The position numbers and the translations under genes are program-made. 64,000 nucleotides of DNA from an uncultured Verrucomicrobia subdivision 3 bacterium (GTDB taxonomy: Bacteria > Verrucomicrobiota > Verrucomicrobiia > Limisphaerales > UBA11358): NCBI GenBank assembly GCA_903835255.1, contig CAILMI010000055.1, positions 75,244 through 139,243 of the forward strand. Reading direction: 5' to 3'. Below, piece by piece: positions 20,934 through 31,832 of this stretch; within the stretch, counting starts at the first letter, position 1, and every line of letters starts with the position of its first letter. Below the pieces are notes generated by a model, which had not been told where the DNA came from, did no database searches, and was given only the letters and a program-made list of their open reading frames with translations.

Positions 20934-21119
20934 ATGGCAGAAGGATATTGTGTAAAGTGCAAAGCCAAAAAAGAAATCGTGGATGGCCTTGAGGAAACCA
21001 TGAAAAACGGCCGCAAGGCCATCAAGGGCAAATGCCCCACCTGTGGCACGGTGATGTTCAAGATTCTTGGCAAATCAGCCACCGCACCGGCTCCCGTCCC
21101 CCCTCCCGAAGCTGCTTAA
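20934..21119 (+). CDS. small zinc-ribbon protein (DUF5679-like)
   Basis: MAEGYCVKCKAKKEIVDGLEETMKNGRKAIKGKCPTCGTVMFKILG carries CxxC...CxxC and is followed by a Pro/Ala tail. The gene ends 15 nt before the NDK-like gene. Confidence 0.65.
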   Translation: MAEGYCVKCKAKKEIVDGLEETMKNGRKAIKGKCPTCGTVMFKILGKSATAPAPVPPPEAA

Positions 21120-21134
21120 GGTTCATTATTAATT

Positions 21135-22307
21135 ATGTCTCAACAGCTTGCCTACGTCATTGTCACACCCTATTCCCTGTATAAATCCCGCACCGGCGGC
21201 ATCCTAAGCCGCCTCATCACCCGGACTGGCCTGGATTTAGCAGGCCTCCGGATGTTCTCCCCCAGCGCTGAGCTGGTGAAGGAGTATGCGGACACCATCG
21301 TTTCCGCCCAAGACACCCAGGACCGCAAGGTTCAGGAATTGCTCAAGCAATATGTCTTGGAAAACCTCTCGCCCGACCCCAAGACCGGCCGCCGCCGCCG
21401 GGTGATGATGCTGTTGTTCCGGGGCGATGAAGCCGTGCGCAAGGTCCGTTCCGTGGTCGGCAATCTGACATCGGGCCGCCGCAGCGGGGAGACCATCCGC
21501 GACACCTACAGCGACCTGATTCAGGATGACAACGGCAACGTCCGCTATTTCGAGCCCGCCGTGCTGGCGGCGCCCAACGCTGAGGAAGCTGAGCACAAAT
21601 TGAAATTGTGGGCCCGCTACTCCGATCTCGATGGCGGCATCCTGGAAAACGTCAACAGCTACGCCGCCGGCGAAAAACCCGAACGTACGCTGGTCCTCAT
21701 CAAGCCCGACAATTTTCGCTTCCCCACGGGTCGACCCGGCAATGTCATTGACTTCTTCTCGCGCACCGGACTCTACATCGTGGGAGCCAAGGTCCTGCCC
21801 ATGAGCACGGCCCAGGCGATGGAATTCTACGGGCCCGTCCGCGAATTTCTCCGCGCCAAACTCAAGGACGGCGTCAGCGCCAAGGCCAAGGAGCTGCTGG
21901 AGAAAGAATTTGGCTTCAAGATTTCCGAGGCCGACCAAAAGGTGCTGGGAGACGTCCTCGGACCACTTCAGGGGGATGCCCAGTTCGACAACATCGTGCG
22001 ATTCATGTCCGGCCACGCGCCCGGGGAGATTCCCAAGGGCGACTGGGCCAAGCCCGGGACGGAGAAGTGCATCGCCCTCGTCTATGAGGGCGTGGGCGCG
22101 GTGAACAAGATCCGCGATGTGCTCGGACCCACCGACCCGTCCAAGGCGCCGCCCGGCAGCATCCGCCGCGAATTCGGCTCCACCATCATGGTCAATGCCG
22201 CCCATGCCAGCGATTCCGCCGAAAACGCCCAGCGCGAATTCGGCATCGTTCAGCCGGGCGAAAACAACTTCAAACAGGTCGTCGAGCAGGCCTACGGAAA
22301 GGTCTGA
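21135..22307 (+). CDS. ndk: tandem nucleoside-diphosphate-kinase-fold protein (degenerate N-terminal NDK-like half plus active-looking C-terminal half)
   Basis: The C-terminal half has ERTLVLIKPDNF...GSIRREFG...NAAHASDSAENAQREF, i.e. the NDK Lys and catalytic His motifs. The N-terminal half aligns to the same fold, but KPD is replaced by TPY and N..H.SDS by EPAVLAAPNAEEAE. Confidence 0.8.
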   Translation: MSQQLAYVIVTPYSLYKSRTGGILSRLITRTGLDLAGLRMFSPSAELVKEYADTIVSAQDTQDRKVQELLKQYVLENLSPDPKTGRRRRVMMLLFRGDEAVRKVRSVVGNLTSGRRSGETIRDTYSDLIQDDNGNVRYFEPAVLAAPNAEEAEHKLKLWARYSDLDGGILENVNSYAAGEKPERTLVLIKPDNFRFPTGRPGNVIDFFSRTGLYIVGAKVLPMSTAQAMEFYGPVREFLRAKLKDGVSAKAKELLEKEFGFKISEADQKVLGDVLGPLQGDAQFDNIVRFMSGHAPGEIPKGDWAKPGTEKCIALVYEGVGAVNKIRDVLGPTDPSKAPPGSIRREFGSTIMVNAAHASDSAENAQREFGIVQPGENNFKQVVEQAYGKV

Positions 22308-22327
22308 CCCCTGCCGCCTTTTTCACC

Positions 22328-22362
22328 GGCGAAGCGCCCAAACCGCGCTTCGCCGTTTTTTT
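22328..22362 (+). terminator. rho-independent terminator of the ndk-like gene
   Basis: A perfect 10-bp stem, GGCGAAGCGC-ccaaacc-GCGCTTCGCC, is followed by GTTTTTTT. It starts 21 nt after the stop codon. Confidence 0.85.
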
Positions 22363-22428
22363 GCCCGTGCGGGGCGAACGGGGTGGCGGCGACAACCTGT
22401 CACCGAAACCGCTGCGGGAGTTCGGAGT

Positions 22429-22830
22429 TCAGGGGAAAAAACTTTGCATTTGGGAAGCGCGGCTGATTTTCATCAGCAGGCCCGCATCGGCGGCGGGGAA
22501 TTGGAAATCAGCCAGTTGCTTTTTATGGATCCACTGGAGTGCGGCGCAGCCCAGCGGTTGCGGCACTCCGGAAATCAGTTGGCAGAGGAAGAATTTCAGC
22601 TGCACGGAATGTTCCGGGTAGGTGTGGAGAACCTCCTCAAATAACTCGCCGACAGCGATGGTCACCCCGAGCTCCTCCTGGATTTCGCGGACGATGCATT
22701 GCTCAAAGGTTTCCCCCGCCTCCCGTTTTCCTCCGGGAAACTCTCAGAGACCGCCCAGATGGACATCCGCGCGCCGCTGCGCGATGAGCAGTTTTCCGCC
22801 GTGAAAAATGAGCGCGGCCGAAACCTCCAT
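22429..22830 (-). pseudogene. mutT: mutT-type NUDIX hydrolase (8-oxo-dGTP diphosphatase-like) interrupted by one in-frame TGA at codon 29
   Basis: Hand translation from the ATG at 22830 gives MEVSAALIFHGGKLLIAQRRADVHLGGL-TGA-EFPGGKREAGETFEQCIVREIQEELGVTIAVGELFEEVLHTYPEH...CAALQWIHKKQL. The NUDIX box GX5EX7REUXEEXGU is perfect. The TGA (22744..22746) occupies the position of the conserved Trp in GLWEFPGGK. The frame is otherwise open to the stop at 22429. Confidence 0.75.
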
Positions 22831-22899
22831 CCGCGGCAGGGAACTCGATAACAGGGGAGCTGGGGTTGTATCCGCCATCCGGAACGGGTCGTCCCGGGG

Positions 22900-24189
22900 T
22901 TATCGGCCGACGCTCTTGTAAATCCAGCCCAGCCGCACCATTTCCGCAGGATCGAAAAGATTGCGCCCGTCGAACAGGATCGGATGCGTCATCCCTTTTT
23001 TGGCGCGCGCTAGGTCGAGCTGTTTGAACTCTTCCCATTCCGTCGCCACCACCAGGGCATCACAGCCTTCCGCCACGGCGTTCATATCCTCCACATACGT
23101 CGCGGTCGGCAGCAGGGCCCGGGCCTTGTCCATGCCCTTGGGATCGTGCACCCGCAGGGTGGCCCCCTCCTGGATCAGCCGCTGGCACAGAGCAATCGCC
23201 GGCGAGGAGCGGACGTCATCCGTGTTCTGCTTGAAAGCCAGCCCGAGCACGCCAATGGTCTTGTCCTTGAGCACCCAGAGCGTGTCGGTGATTTTCTTGA
23301 GGAAGCGCTCCATCTGGTCGGCATTGATATGCTGCACCTCTTTGAGCAGCTTGAAATCATAGCCGATCTGCTCGGCGATTTTAATGAACGCGCTCAAATC
23401 CTTGGGGAAACAGCTGCCGCCGAAGCCGATGCCGGCATTGAGAAAACGCCGTCCAATGCGCTCGTCCAGCCCGATGCCCTGCGCCACCTCCTGCACGTTG
23501 GCGCCCGCCGCCTCGCAGACCGTGGCGATGGCGTTGATATAGGAAATCTTCAGCGCTAGAAAGGAGTTCGCCGCGTGCTTGATAAGTTCCGCGGAGTTGA
23601 TGTCGGTGACGATGATGGGCGCCTGGAACGGGGTGTAAATTTCGCGCATGGCCGCGACGGGCCGGGGCGAGCGGGTGCCGATCACCACGCGATCGGGCTT
23701 CATCAGGTCGCCGACGGCAAACCCTTCGCGCAAAAATTCGGGGTTGCTGACCACGTCGAATTCCACCTTGGCGGGGCAGTAGCGCTGGATGGTCTCGGCA
23801 ACTTTCTCGCCGGTTTTGACGGGCACCGTGCTTTTGTCCACCACGATCTTGTAGCTGGTCATGGCGCCGGCGATGTCGCGGGCCACGCGCTCGATGTAGC
23901 TCAAGTCCACCGAGCCGTCCGGCTGGGGCGGGGTGGGGACAGCAATGAAGATGACGTCGGATTTCTCAACGCCTTCCGCCGTGCTGTGCGTGAAGCTGAG
24001 CCGCCCGGCGGCGACGTTTTTCCGGACCAGCTCTTCCAGTCCAGGTTCATAGATGGGAATGCCGCCCGCCTGCAACAGTTTGACCTTGGCGGCGTCGCTA
24101 TCCACGCAGATGACCTGGTGACCGACCTCAGCAAAGCAGGTTCCTGAGACCAAGCCGACGTAGCCGGTGCCGATGATGGTCAGCTTCAT
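22900..24189 (-). CDS. ugd: UDP-glucose 6-dehydrogenase
   Basis: MKLTIIGTGYVGLVSGTCFAEVGHQVICVD...GGSCFPKD is the catalytic Cys motif. I use the ATG at 24189; the track's 24198 start is a TTG. Confidence 0.9.
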   Translation of the reverse strand: MKLTIIGTGYVGLVSGTCFAEVGHQVICVDSDAAKVKLLQAGGIPIYEPGLEELVRKNVAAGRLSFTHSTAEGVEKSDVIFIAVPTPPQPDGSVDLSYIERVARDIAGAMTSYKIVVDKSTVPVKTGEKVAETIQRYCPAKVEFDVVSNPEFLREGFAVGDLMKPDRVVIGTRSPRPVAAMREIYTPFQAPIIVTDINSAELIKHAANSFLALKISYINAIATVCEAAGANVQEVAQGIGLDERIGRRFLNAGIGFGGSCFPKDLSAFIKIAEQIGYDFKLLKEVQHINADQMERFLKKITDTLWVLKDKTIGVLGLAFKQNTDDVRSSPAIALCQRLIQEGATLRVHDPKGMDKARALLPTATYVEDMNAVAEGCDALVVATEWEEFKQLDLARAKKGMTHPILFDGRNLFDPAEMVRLGWIYKSVGR

Positions 24190-24194
24190 TCCAA

Positions 24195-24893
24195 TCAATG
24201 AGTCAGAGTAAAGGGCGCCGCGGCCGCGGCGGGGGCCGACTGAGCGGGGGCGGCGGACGATTGGGTCTTGAGTTCCATCGCGCGCAGTCCGGCGTCATTG
24301 CCCAGAGTGCTGTTCGGATACGTGCGGGCCACTTCTTCGTACAGCTTCAAGGATTCGGCGGTTTTGCCCTGGGCGGCATAGACACGGGCCATTGCAAATT
24401 TGGCGTTGGCGCCCACGGTCGGGCCGGCCGACAGGCTGGCGGCTTTTTGATAAGCGGGAATGGCAAGATCGTTTTTACCCTGGGCTTCCAAGCTGGCCGC
24501 CACGCCTAGCAGGGCGGTTGGAGTGAAGGCACCATCCGGATTGGCATTGATAAAAGCCTGAAACTGAGCTTGCGCCTCAGGAAACTTGCCAGAGTGGAAC
24601 AGCGCGGCGGCCCCTTCCAGCTGGGCGCGCTGGGCGGCAACGGTTCCGGGATAGGCGCCGGCGATTTTCAGGTAGGTTTCTGCGGACGGGTTCGCGCTGT
24701 TGGAAACCATCGCCTGGGTCAGCGCCAGGCCGGCGGCGGCCTCTTTTTGTTTCTGGCTGTAGGAATGATAGAGGAATAAAAAGACCAGCACGGCGGCGGC
24801 CCCGACGGCATAGGCGATGCGCTTGAGGTTGGCTTCAATCCACGGCCAGAGTTTGAAGAGGTAGTCGGAGGCGGTTAGTTCTCGGGTGTCCAT
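24195..24893 (-). CDS. membrane-anchored tetratricopeptide-repeat protein (YfgM/YbgF-like)
   Basis: An N-terminal TM helix (IAYAVGAAAVLVFLFLY) is followed by Ala-rich TPR-like repeats (AQRAQLEGAAALFHSGKFPEAQAQFQAFI...AKFAMARVYAAQGKTAESLKLYEEV). Confidence 0.65.
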   Translation of the reverse strand: MDTRELTASDYLFKLWPWIEANLKRIAYAVGAAAVLVFLFLYHSYSQKQKEAAAGLALTQAMVSNSANPSAETYLKIAGAYPGTVAAQRAQLEGAAALFHSGKFPEAQAQFQAFINANPDGAFTPTALLGVAASLEAQGKNDLAIPAYQKAASLSAGPTVGANAKFAMARVYAAQGKTAESLKLYEEVARTYPNSTLGNDAGLRAMELKTQSSAAPAQSAPAAAAAPFTLTH

Positions 24894-25051
24894 AAAGAAA
24901 CTAAATCATCCGCGCCAAACGGCAAAACGCAAGCCTGAAATTACCCCGGAAAGCTTCCGTCAGTGAGAAAACGGGGGGGGCGACCGCTGCTATCCAGCGC
25001 CGGCGGTTTTGCTCCCCATCGGTCCCGGACTGCGGTAATCTCGGCTTCAGC

Positions 25052-26017
25052 ATGACCGATGACCCTTCCAGCGAGCCAGGCCTGGCCGAGCCGTGGACGC
25101 ACCAGTTTTTGGCGCATCTGGCAACGGACCGCGGCGCCTCGGTTTACACGCAGCGCAATTATCGGCAGGCGCTGACGGAGTTTTTGCGCTGGCACCACAA
25201 CGAGCGCGCGGCGATGCCCGCCTGGGAAAAGCTCGAGCGCGATGATTTCCGCGGCTTTGTCCGCTTTCTGGGCCGAAACCGCCTGAGCCGCGCGGCGATG
25301 CAGCTCCGTTTTTCCGCGCTCCGCACCTTCTATCAATTCCTGATCCGGCGCGGCGCTGCCCAGGCCTCGCCCATAAAAAACCTGTCCCTGCCGAAACTGG
25401 AGCGGCGGCTGCCGAAATTTCTGACGCGCGACCAGATGGAAGCCCTGCTCATCGCCCCGTTCGAGCTGCTAAAAAATTCCAAAGTCAAAAAAGCCGGCCG
25501 GCCAGTTTCTCAGGTCGCCGCCCTCCGCGACGTCGCCGTTCTCGAAACCATTTATTCCTGCGGCCTGCGCGTGAGCGAGGTGTGCGGCCTGCGGGCCGAC
25601 GACATCGACTGGGGCGGGCAGACCGTCCGGGTTCGCGGCAAGGGTAAAAAGGAGCGGCACGTCCCGGTGGGAAAACCCGCGCTGATGGCCATTCAGGATT
25701 ATTGGAACACGTTCAAACAGCCGCCGGTCGGAGCTTCGCCCGTTTTTCTTGCCGAGACCCGCAAGCCCGCACCGCTCCGGCCGCTGCAGCTATCCCGTCG
25801 ATTAAAGAAATATCTCGCCCTGGCCGGATTGGATCCCGGCCTGACGCCGCACAAGCTGCGGCACAGCTATGCCACGCACCTGCTGGACGCCGGGGCGGAC
25901 CTGCGCAGCGTGCAGGAACTGCTCGGCCATGCGCACCTGGTCACCACACAGGTTTACACGCACGTCACCACGGAGCGCCTGAAGAAAGCCTACGACGCAG
26001 CCCATCCGCGCGCCTGA
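25052..26017 (+). CDS. tyrosine recombinase, XerC/XerD family
   Basis: An N-terminal SAM-like domain and a C-terminal catalytic domain are present, with R...HxLRHSYATHLL...GH....TQVYTH (the RHRY tetrad pattern). Confidence 0.9.
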   Translation: MTDDPSSEPGLAEPWTHQFLAHLATDRGASVYTQRNYRQALTEFLRWHHNERAAMPAWEKLERDDFRGFVRFLGRNRLSRAAMQLRFSALRTFYQFLIRRGAAQASPIKNLSLPKLERRLPKFLTRDQMEALLIAPFELLKNSKVKKAGRPVSQVAALRDVAVLETIYSCGLRVSEVCGLRADDIDWGGQTVRVRGKGKKERHVPVGKPALMAIQDYWNTFKQPPVGASPVFLAETRKPAPLRPLQLSRRLKKYLALAGLDPGLTPHKLRHSYATHLLDAGADLRSVQELLGHAHLVTTQVYTHVTTERLKKAYDAAHPRA

Positions 26018-26054
26018 AAGCCCATCTAAAAATGTGGCCGCGGGCGTCGCCGCC

Positions 26055-26888
26055 TCACTCTGCCTTCAGAAAATCAAGGACCATCCGGAGGAAAGCCTCC
26101 GGCGCATCGGCGTGAACCCAGTGCCCGGCCTCGGGAACGGTACGGATTTCTGAATTGGAAAAAAGAGCGCGAATCAGCGGCTCGTCATCGGGGCCGAGAT
26201 AATCGGATTTACCGCCGCGGACGAACAGCCCCGGTTTTGAAAAGGGGCCGGCGCCGGAAGGCGTCGGGGAAACGGGGCGGTACAGCGATTCGTTTTGGTC
26301 CAGGAGGCCGCGCAGGTTTAGCTTCCAGAAAAAACCGGCGCCGGGGGTGGTCCCAATGTTTTTTAGCAGAAAACGCCGCACGCTCACATCGGGAATCTCC
26401 GGAGCGAGCGCATCCTCAATCGCCTGCCGCGTCGAAAATAATTTCAAATCCAGGGCCAGCAGCGCGGCCATCACCCCCCTGTGCACGGGGGCATAGGCCC
26501 GGGGCGCCATGTCCACAACGATGAGCCGCTCCACCCGGTCCGGAAACTGCAGGGCAAACTGCATGGCTGTTTTGCCCCCCATCGAATGGCCCAGCACCGC
26601 CGCGCTCCCGATCCCCCGGGAATCCATGAGCGCCGCCACATCGGCGGCCATCAGCTCATAACTCATCCGATCGCTGTGCGGCGACTGGCCGTGATTGCGC
26701 TGATCCGGGACGAGGACGTGAAACGAGGGAGACAGGCGCAGGGCCAAGGAATGCCAGTTATCTGACGACCCGAACAGGCCGTGCAGCAGGATGACCGCCC
26801 TGCCCCGTCCGTATTCTTTGAAGTGGAGCTGCACGTGCTGTGTTTGAGGTGGAAGCGCAGCGGCCTGAAGCCCCATTAATTCCGGCAT
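26055..26888 (-). CDS. alpha/beta-fold hydrolase (YbfF-like esterase)
   Basis: The HGLFGSSDNW oxyanion region and the GHSMGG nucleophile elbow are present, and a C-terminal H lies in EAGHWVH. The start is uncertain (ATG at 26888 or 26876; TTG at 26915). Confidence 0.8.
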   Translation of the reverse strand: MPELMGLQAAALPPQTQHVQLHFKEYGRGRAVILLHGLFGSSDNWHSLALRLSPSFHVLVPDQRNHGQSPHSDRMSYELMAADVAALMDSRGIGSAAVLGHSMGGKTAMQFALQFPDRVERLIVVDMAPRAYAPVHRGVMAALLALDLKLFSTRQAIEDALAPEIPDVSVRRFLLKNIGTTPGAGFFWKLNLRGLLDQNESLYRPVSPTPSGAGPFSKPGLFVRGGKSDYLGPDDEPLIRALFSNSEIRTVPEAGHWVHADAPEAFLRMVLDFLKAE

Positions 26889-26921
26889 CGGAACAGTGAG
26901 GACCCTCGCGCGCAATGCTAG

Positions 26922-29720
<2,799 letters not shown>

Positions 29721-30030
29721 GTAACAGTGAGAGTCTTATGCTGCGCGACGGCGGTTGCGCAACTTAATTTTTTTTCCAAACACACCCATTCCAACTGCGG
29801 CGCGAGACGGACCAACACGAAAGCGTGACGCGAATCCCGCTCATTTCTGGGAATATCCCAACCGGAATTCAATTGCCGGCAATCCCTCCCATCCCCGTCA
29901 TTGCGTTGAGTTTTTTACTGTTCCAATCTCTCCTCGTTGGCCGTGACCTCTCACCGTCGAAAATATCTCCGCGCGCCAGGCAATCGCCCTCCGGCATTGA
30001 TTAACGGCGGGACTTGCCTAAAATGGGCTT

Positions 30031-31539
30031 GTGAAATCAACCGTTTATCTGGTCGGCGCCGGGCCGGGCGATGCCCGCCTGCTCACCCTGCGCGGCGCGG
30101 AACTGCTCCGGCGCGCCGACGTGGTCATCTATGATGCGCTCGCCAACCCGGAACTGCTCCGGCTCGCGCCGCCCACCGCGGAATTTGTTTCGCGCGGCAA
30201 AAATATGTCCATGCCGCAGGCGGAAATCACCGCGCTCATCATTCAGCGGGCCCGGGCGGGCAAAACCGTGGTGCGGCTCAAGGGCGGGGACCCCTTTGTC
30301 TTTGGCCGGGGCGGCGAGGAAGCCGAGGCGCTCGCAGCCGAAAAAATCCCCTTTGAGATCGTGCCCGGGGTTTCCTCCATCACTGCGGTGCCCAACTATG
30401 CCGGCATTCCCCTGACCCACCGCGAGCACTGCTCCAGCTTCACGGTGTTCACCGGGCACAGCGACTCCACCGAGCAAGCCACGGCGCTGCGCTATGATCA
30501 AATCGCCAAAATCCCAGGGACCAAGGTGGTGCTGATGGGCACGGAACGGCTCGAGGAGTGGTCCCAATCGCTGATCGCGAACGGCATGTCGGCGCAAACG
30601 CCCATCGCGGTCATCCATCGCGGCACGACCGGCCGGCAGAAAGCCGTGACCGGCACGCTCGCCACCATCGCCGCGCTGGCGGCCAAGGAAAAAATTGCCC
30701 CCCCGGCCCTGACCATACTCGGCGACGTGGTGAAGTTGCGCGGCAAATTGAACTGGTTCGAAAACCGCCCGCTCTTCGGCCGCCGCATTGTGGTGACCCG
30801 GCGCACCGAACAGGCGGGGTCCTTTGCACACCGGCTCGCGGAACTGGGCGCAGACGTCCTCGAAGTGCCCACCATCAAGATCACCACGCCGCTTGAGAAG
30901 GATGCCATCGTGGATTGCTTGCTGGAGCTCAACTCCTACGACTGGCTGGTGTTCACCAGCGCCAATGGCGTGACCATGTTCTTCGATATCTTCTTCCGCC
31001 GCTTCCAGGATCTGCGCGATCTCGGCGGAGCGCGCATTGCTGCGGTCGGCCCCGCCACGGCGGCCAAGCTGCGCGAACTGCACCTGCAGGTGGACCTGAC
31101 CCCGGAGGAATTCACCGGTCGAAAGATTGCCGAGGCGTTCAAGAAATATCAGGACATCGAGAACGTGAAGATGTGCCTGCTACGCGCGGAAGTGGCGAAC
31201 CGGGATTTGCCGGACGCGCTCGCCGAACTGGGGGCCATCGTGGACGACATCGCCATCTACAAGACGGTGCCTGAAACGGAAGATCACGGCGGCGCCTGCG
31301 AGCGCCTGCTGGAGGAGGGCGCAGACTGGGTGACCTTCACAAGCAGCTCGACGGTGGAGCATTTCCACGCGCGCTTCGACCTGCCCAAGCTGATAAAAAA
31401 ATTCCCCGCACTTAAAATCGCATCCATCGGTCCGGAGACGAGCAAGGCGATTGCGGCTCTCAAGCTCAAGCCGGCGCTCGAAGCAAAAGAGCACACGACG
31501 GACGGACTGATCGCGGCACTGCTCAAGGCGGCGAAATGA
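30031..31539 (+). CDS. cobA: uroporphyrinogen-III C-methyltransferase fused to uroporphyrinogen-III synthase
   Basis: The gene has a GTG start. VYLVGAGPGDARLLTLRGAELLRRADVVIYDAL is the SUMT signature. The second half (GRRIVVTRRTEQAGSFAHRLAELGADVLEVPTI...) is HemD-like. Confidence 0.9.
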   Translation: MKSTVYLVGAGPGDARLLTLRGAELLRRADVVIYDALANPELLRLAPPTAEFVSRGKNMSMPQAEITALIIQRARAGKTVVRLKGGDPFVFGRGGEEAEALAAEKIPFEIVPGVSSITAVPNYAGIPLTHREHCSSFTVFTGHSDSTEQATALRYDQIAKIPGTKVVLMGTERLEEWSQSLIANGMSAQTPIAVIHRGTTGRQKAVTGTLATIAALAAKEKIAPPALTILGDVVKLRGKLNWFENRPLFGRRIVVTRRTEQAGSFAHRLAELGADVLEVPTIKITTPLEKDAIVDCLLELNSYDWLVFTSANGVTMFFDIFFRRFQDLRDLGGARIAAVGPATAAKLRELHLQVDLTPEEFTGRKIAEAFKKYQDIENVKMCLLRAEVANRDLPDALAELGAIVDDIAIYKTVPETEDHGGACERLLEEGADWVTFTSSSTVEHFHARFDLPKLIKKFPALKIASIGPETSKAIAALKLKPALEAKEHTTDGLIAALLKAAK

Positions 31540-31596
31540 AATGTGCCAGAGGTTATCGGGACACCAGCCACCCGGGCTTTCTTGGCAGGAGGTCAG

Positions 31597-31619
31597 GCCG
31601 TTTGGGATGACCAAACGGC
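31597..31619 (+). terminator. perfect 9-bp hairpin, candidate terminator between the convergent cobA-hemD and TIR genes
   Basis: The stem GCCGTTTGG-gatga-CCAAACGGC lies 58 nt after the cobA-hemD stop. Only a weak T-rich tract follows (GGCTGTCATTCCGGTTTTG). Confidence 0.45.
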
Positions 31620-31832
31620 GGCTGTCATTCCGGTTTTGAAATCACACCCTCGCCAGGTTTTGATTATCGACCGGAACCCGTTCCAGTCTGGACTGCGACT
31701 CAAATCATGCGCGCCATCCGCCCCCTTCTCTTGGGGTTTGGTAGTTTTATGCTCACCGGCACCCAAAGCCATTTTCGCCGCCGAAACCCTTCCGCGCGCC
31801 GGTAAATGGTGCTTCGTGCCCGACTCCTGAGT

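Noticed and set aside
22744-22746. Genome-wide UGA=Trp (or other) recoding as the explanation for the in-frame TGA in mutT
   Set aside because: TGA terminates several well-delimited genes in this window at the expected protein ends (rpsO, the ndk-like gene, ybeY, the DUF502 gene, the GME-like gene). The standard code therefore applies.
25052-26017. Tyrosine recombinase as marker of an integrated mobile element
   Set aside because: It is Xer-type (SAM-like N-terminal domain, housekeeping length). I saw no flanking tRNA, direct repeats, phage or conjugation genes, or compositional break around it.
29721-30030. Possible cobalamin riboswitch in the 310-nt leader of cobA-hemD
   Set aside because: I saw GGGAA...CCGGAATTC...CCCCGTCATTG, which is vaguely reminiscent of the B12 element core. 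However, I found no B12 box (AGYCMGGAGACCKGCC-like), no GCCACTG motif and no convincing multi-stem architecture. A covariance-model scan (RF00174) would settle it.
31543-31830. 95-aa ORF, and a 32-codon signal-peptide-like sORF (31707..31805, MRAIRPLLLGFGSFMLTGTQSHFRRRNPSARR), in the cobA-hemD / TIR convergent gap
   Set aside because: I recognise no motif and see no ribosome-binding context. Both are short enough to arise by chance, and the region is better explained as 3' UTRs and terminators (hairpin 31597..31619). It could be a decayed gene remnant, but I cannot support that.
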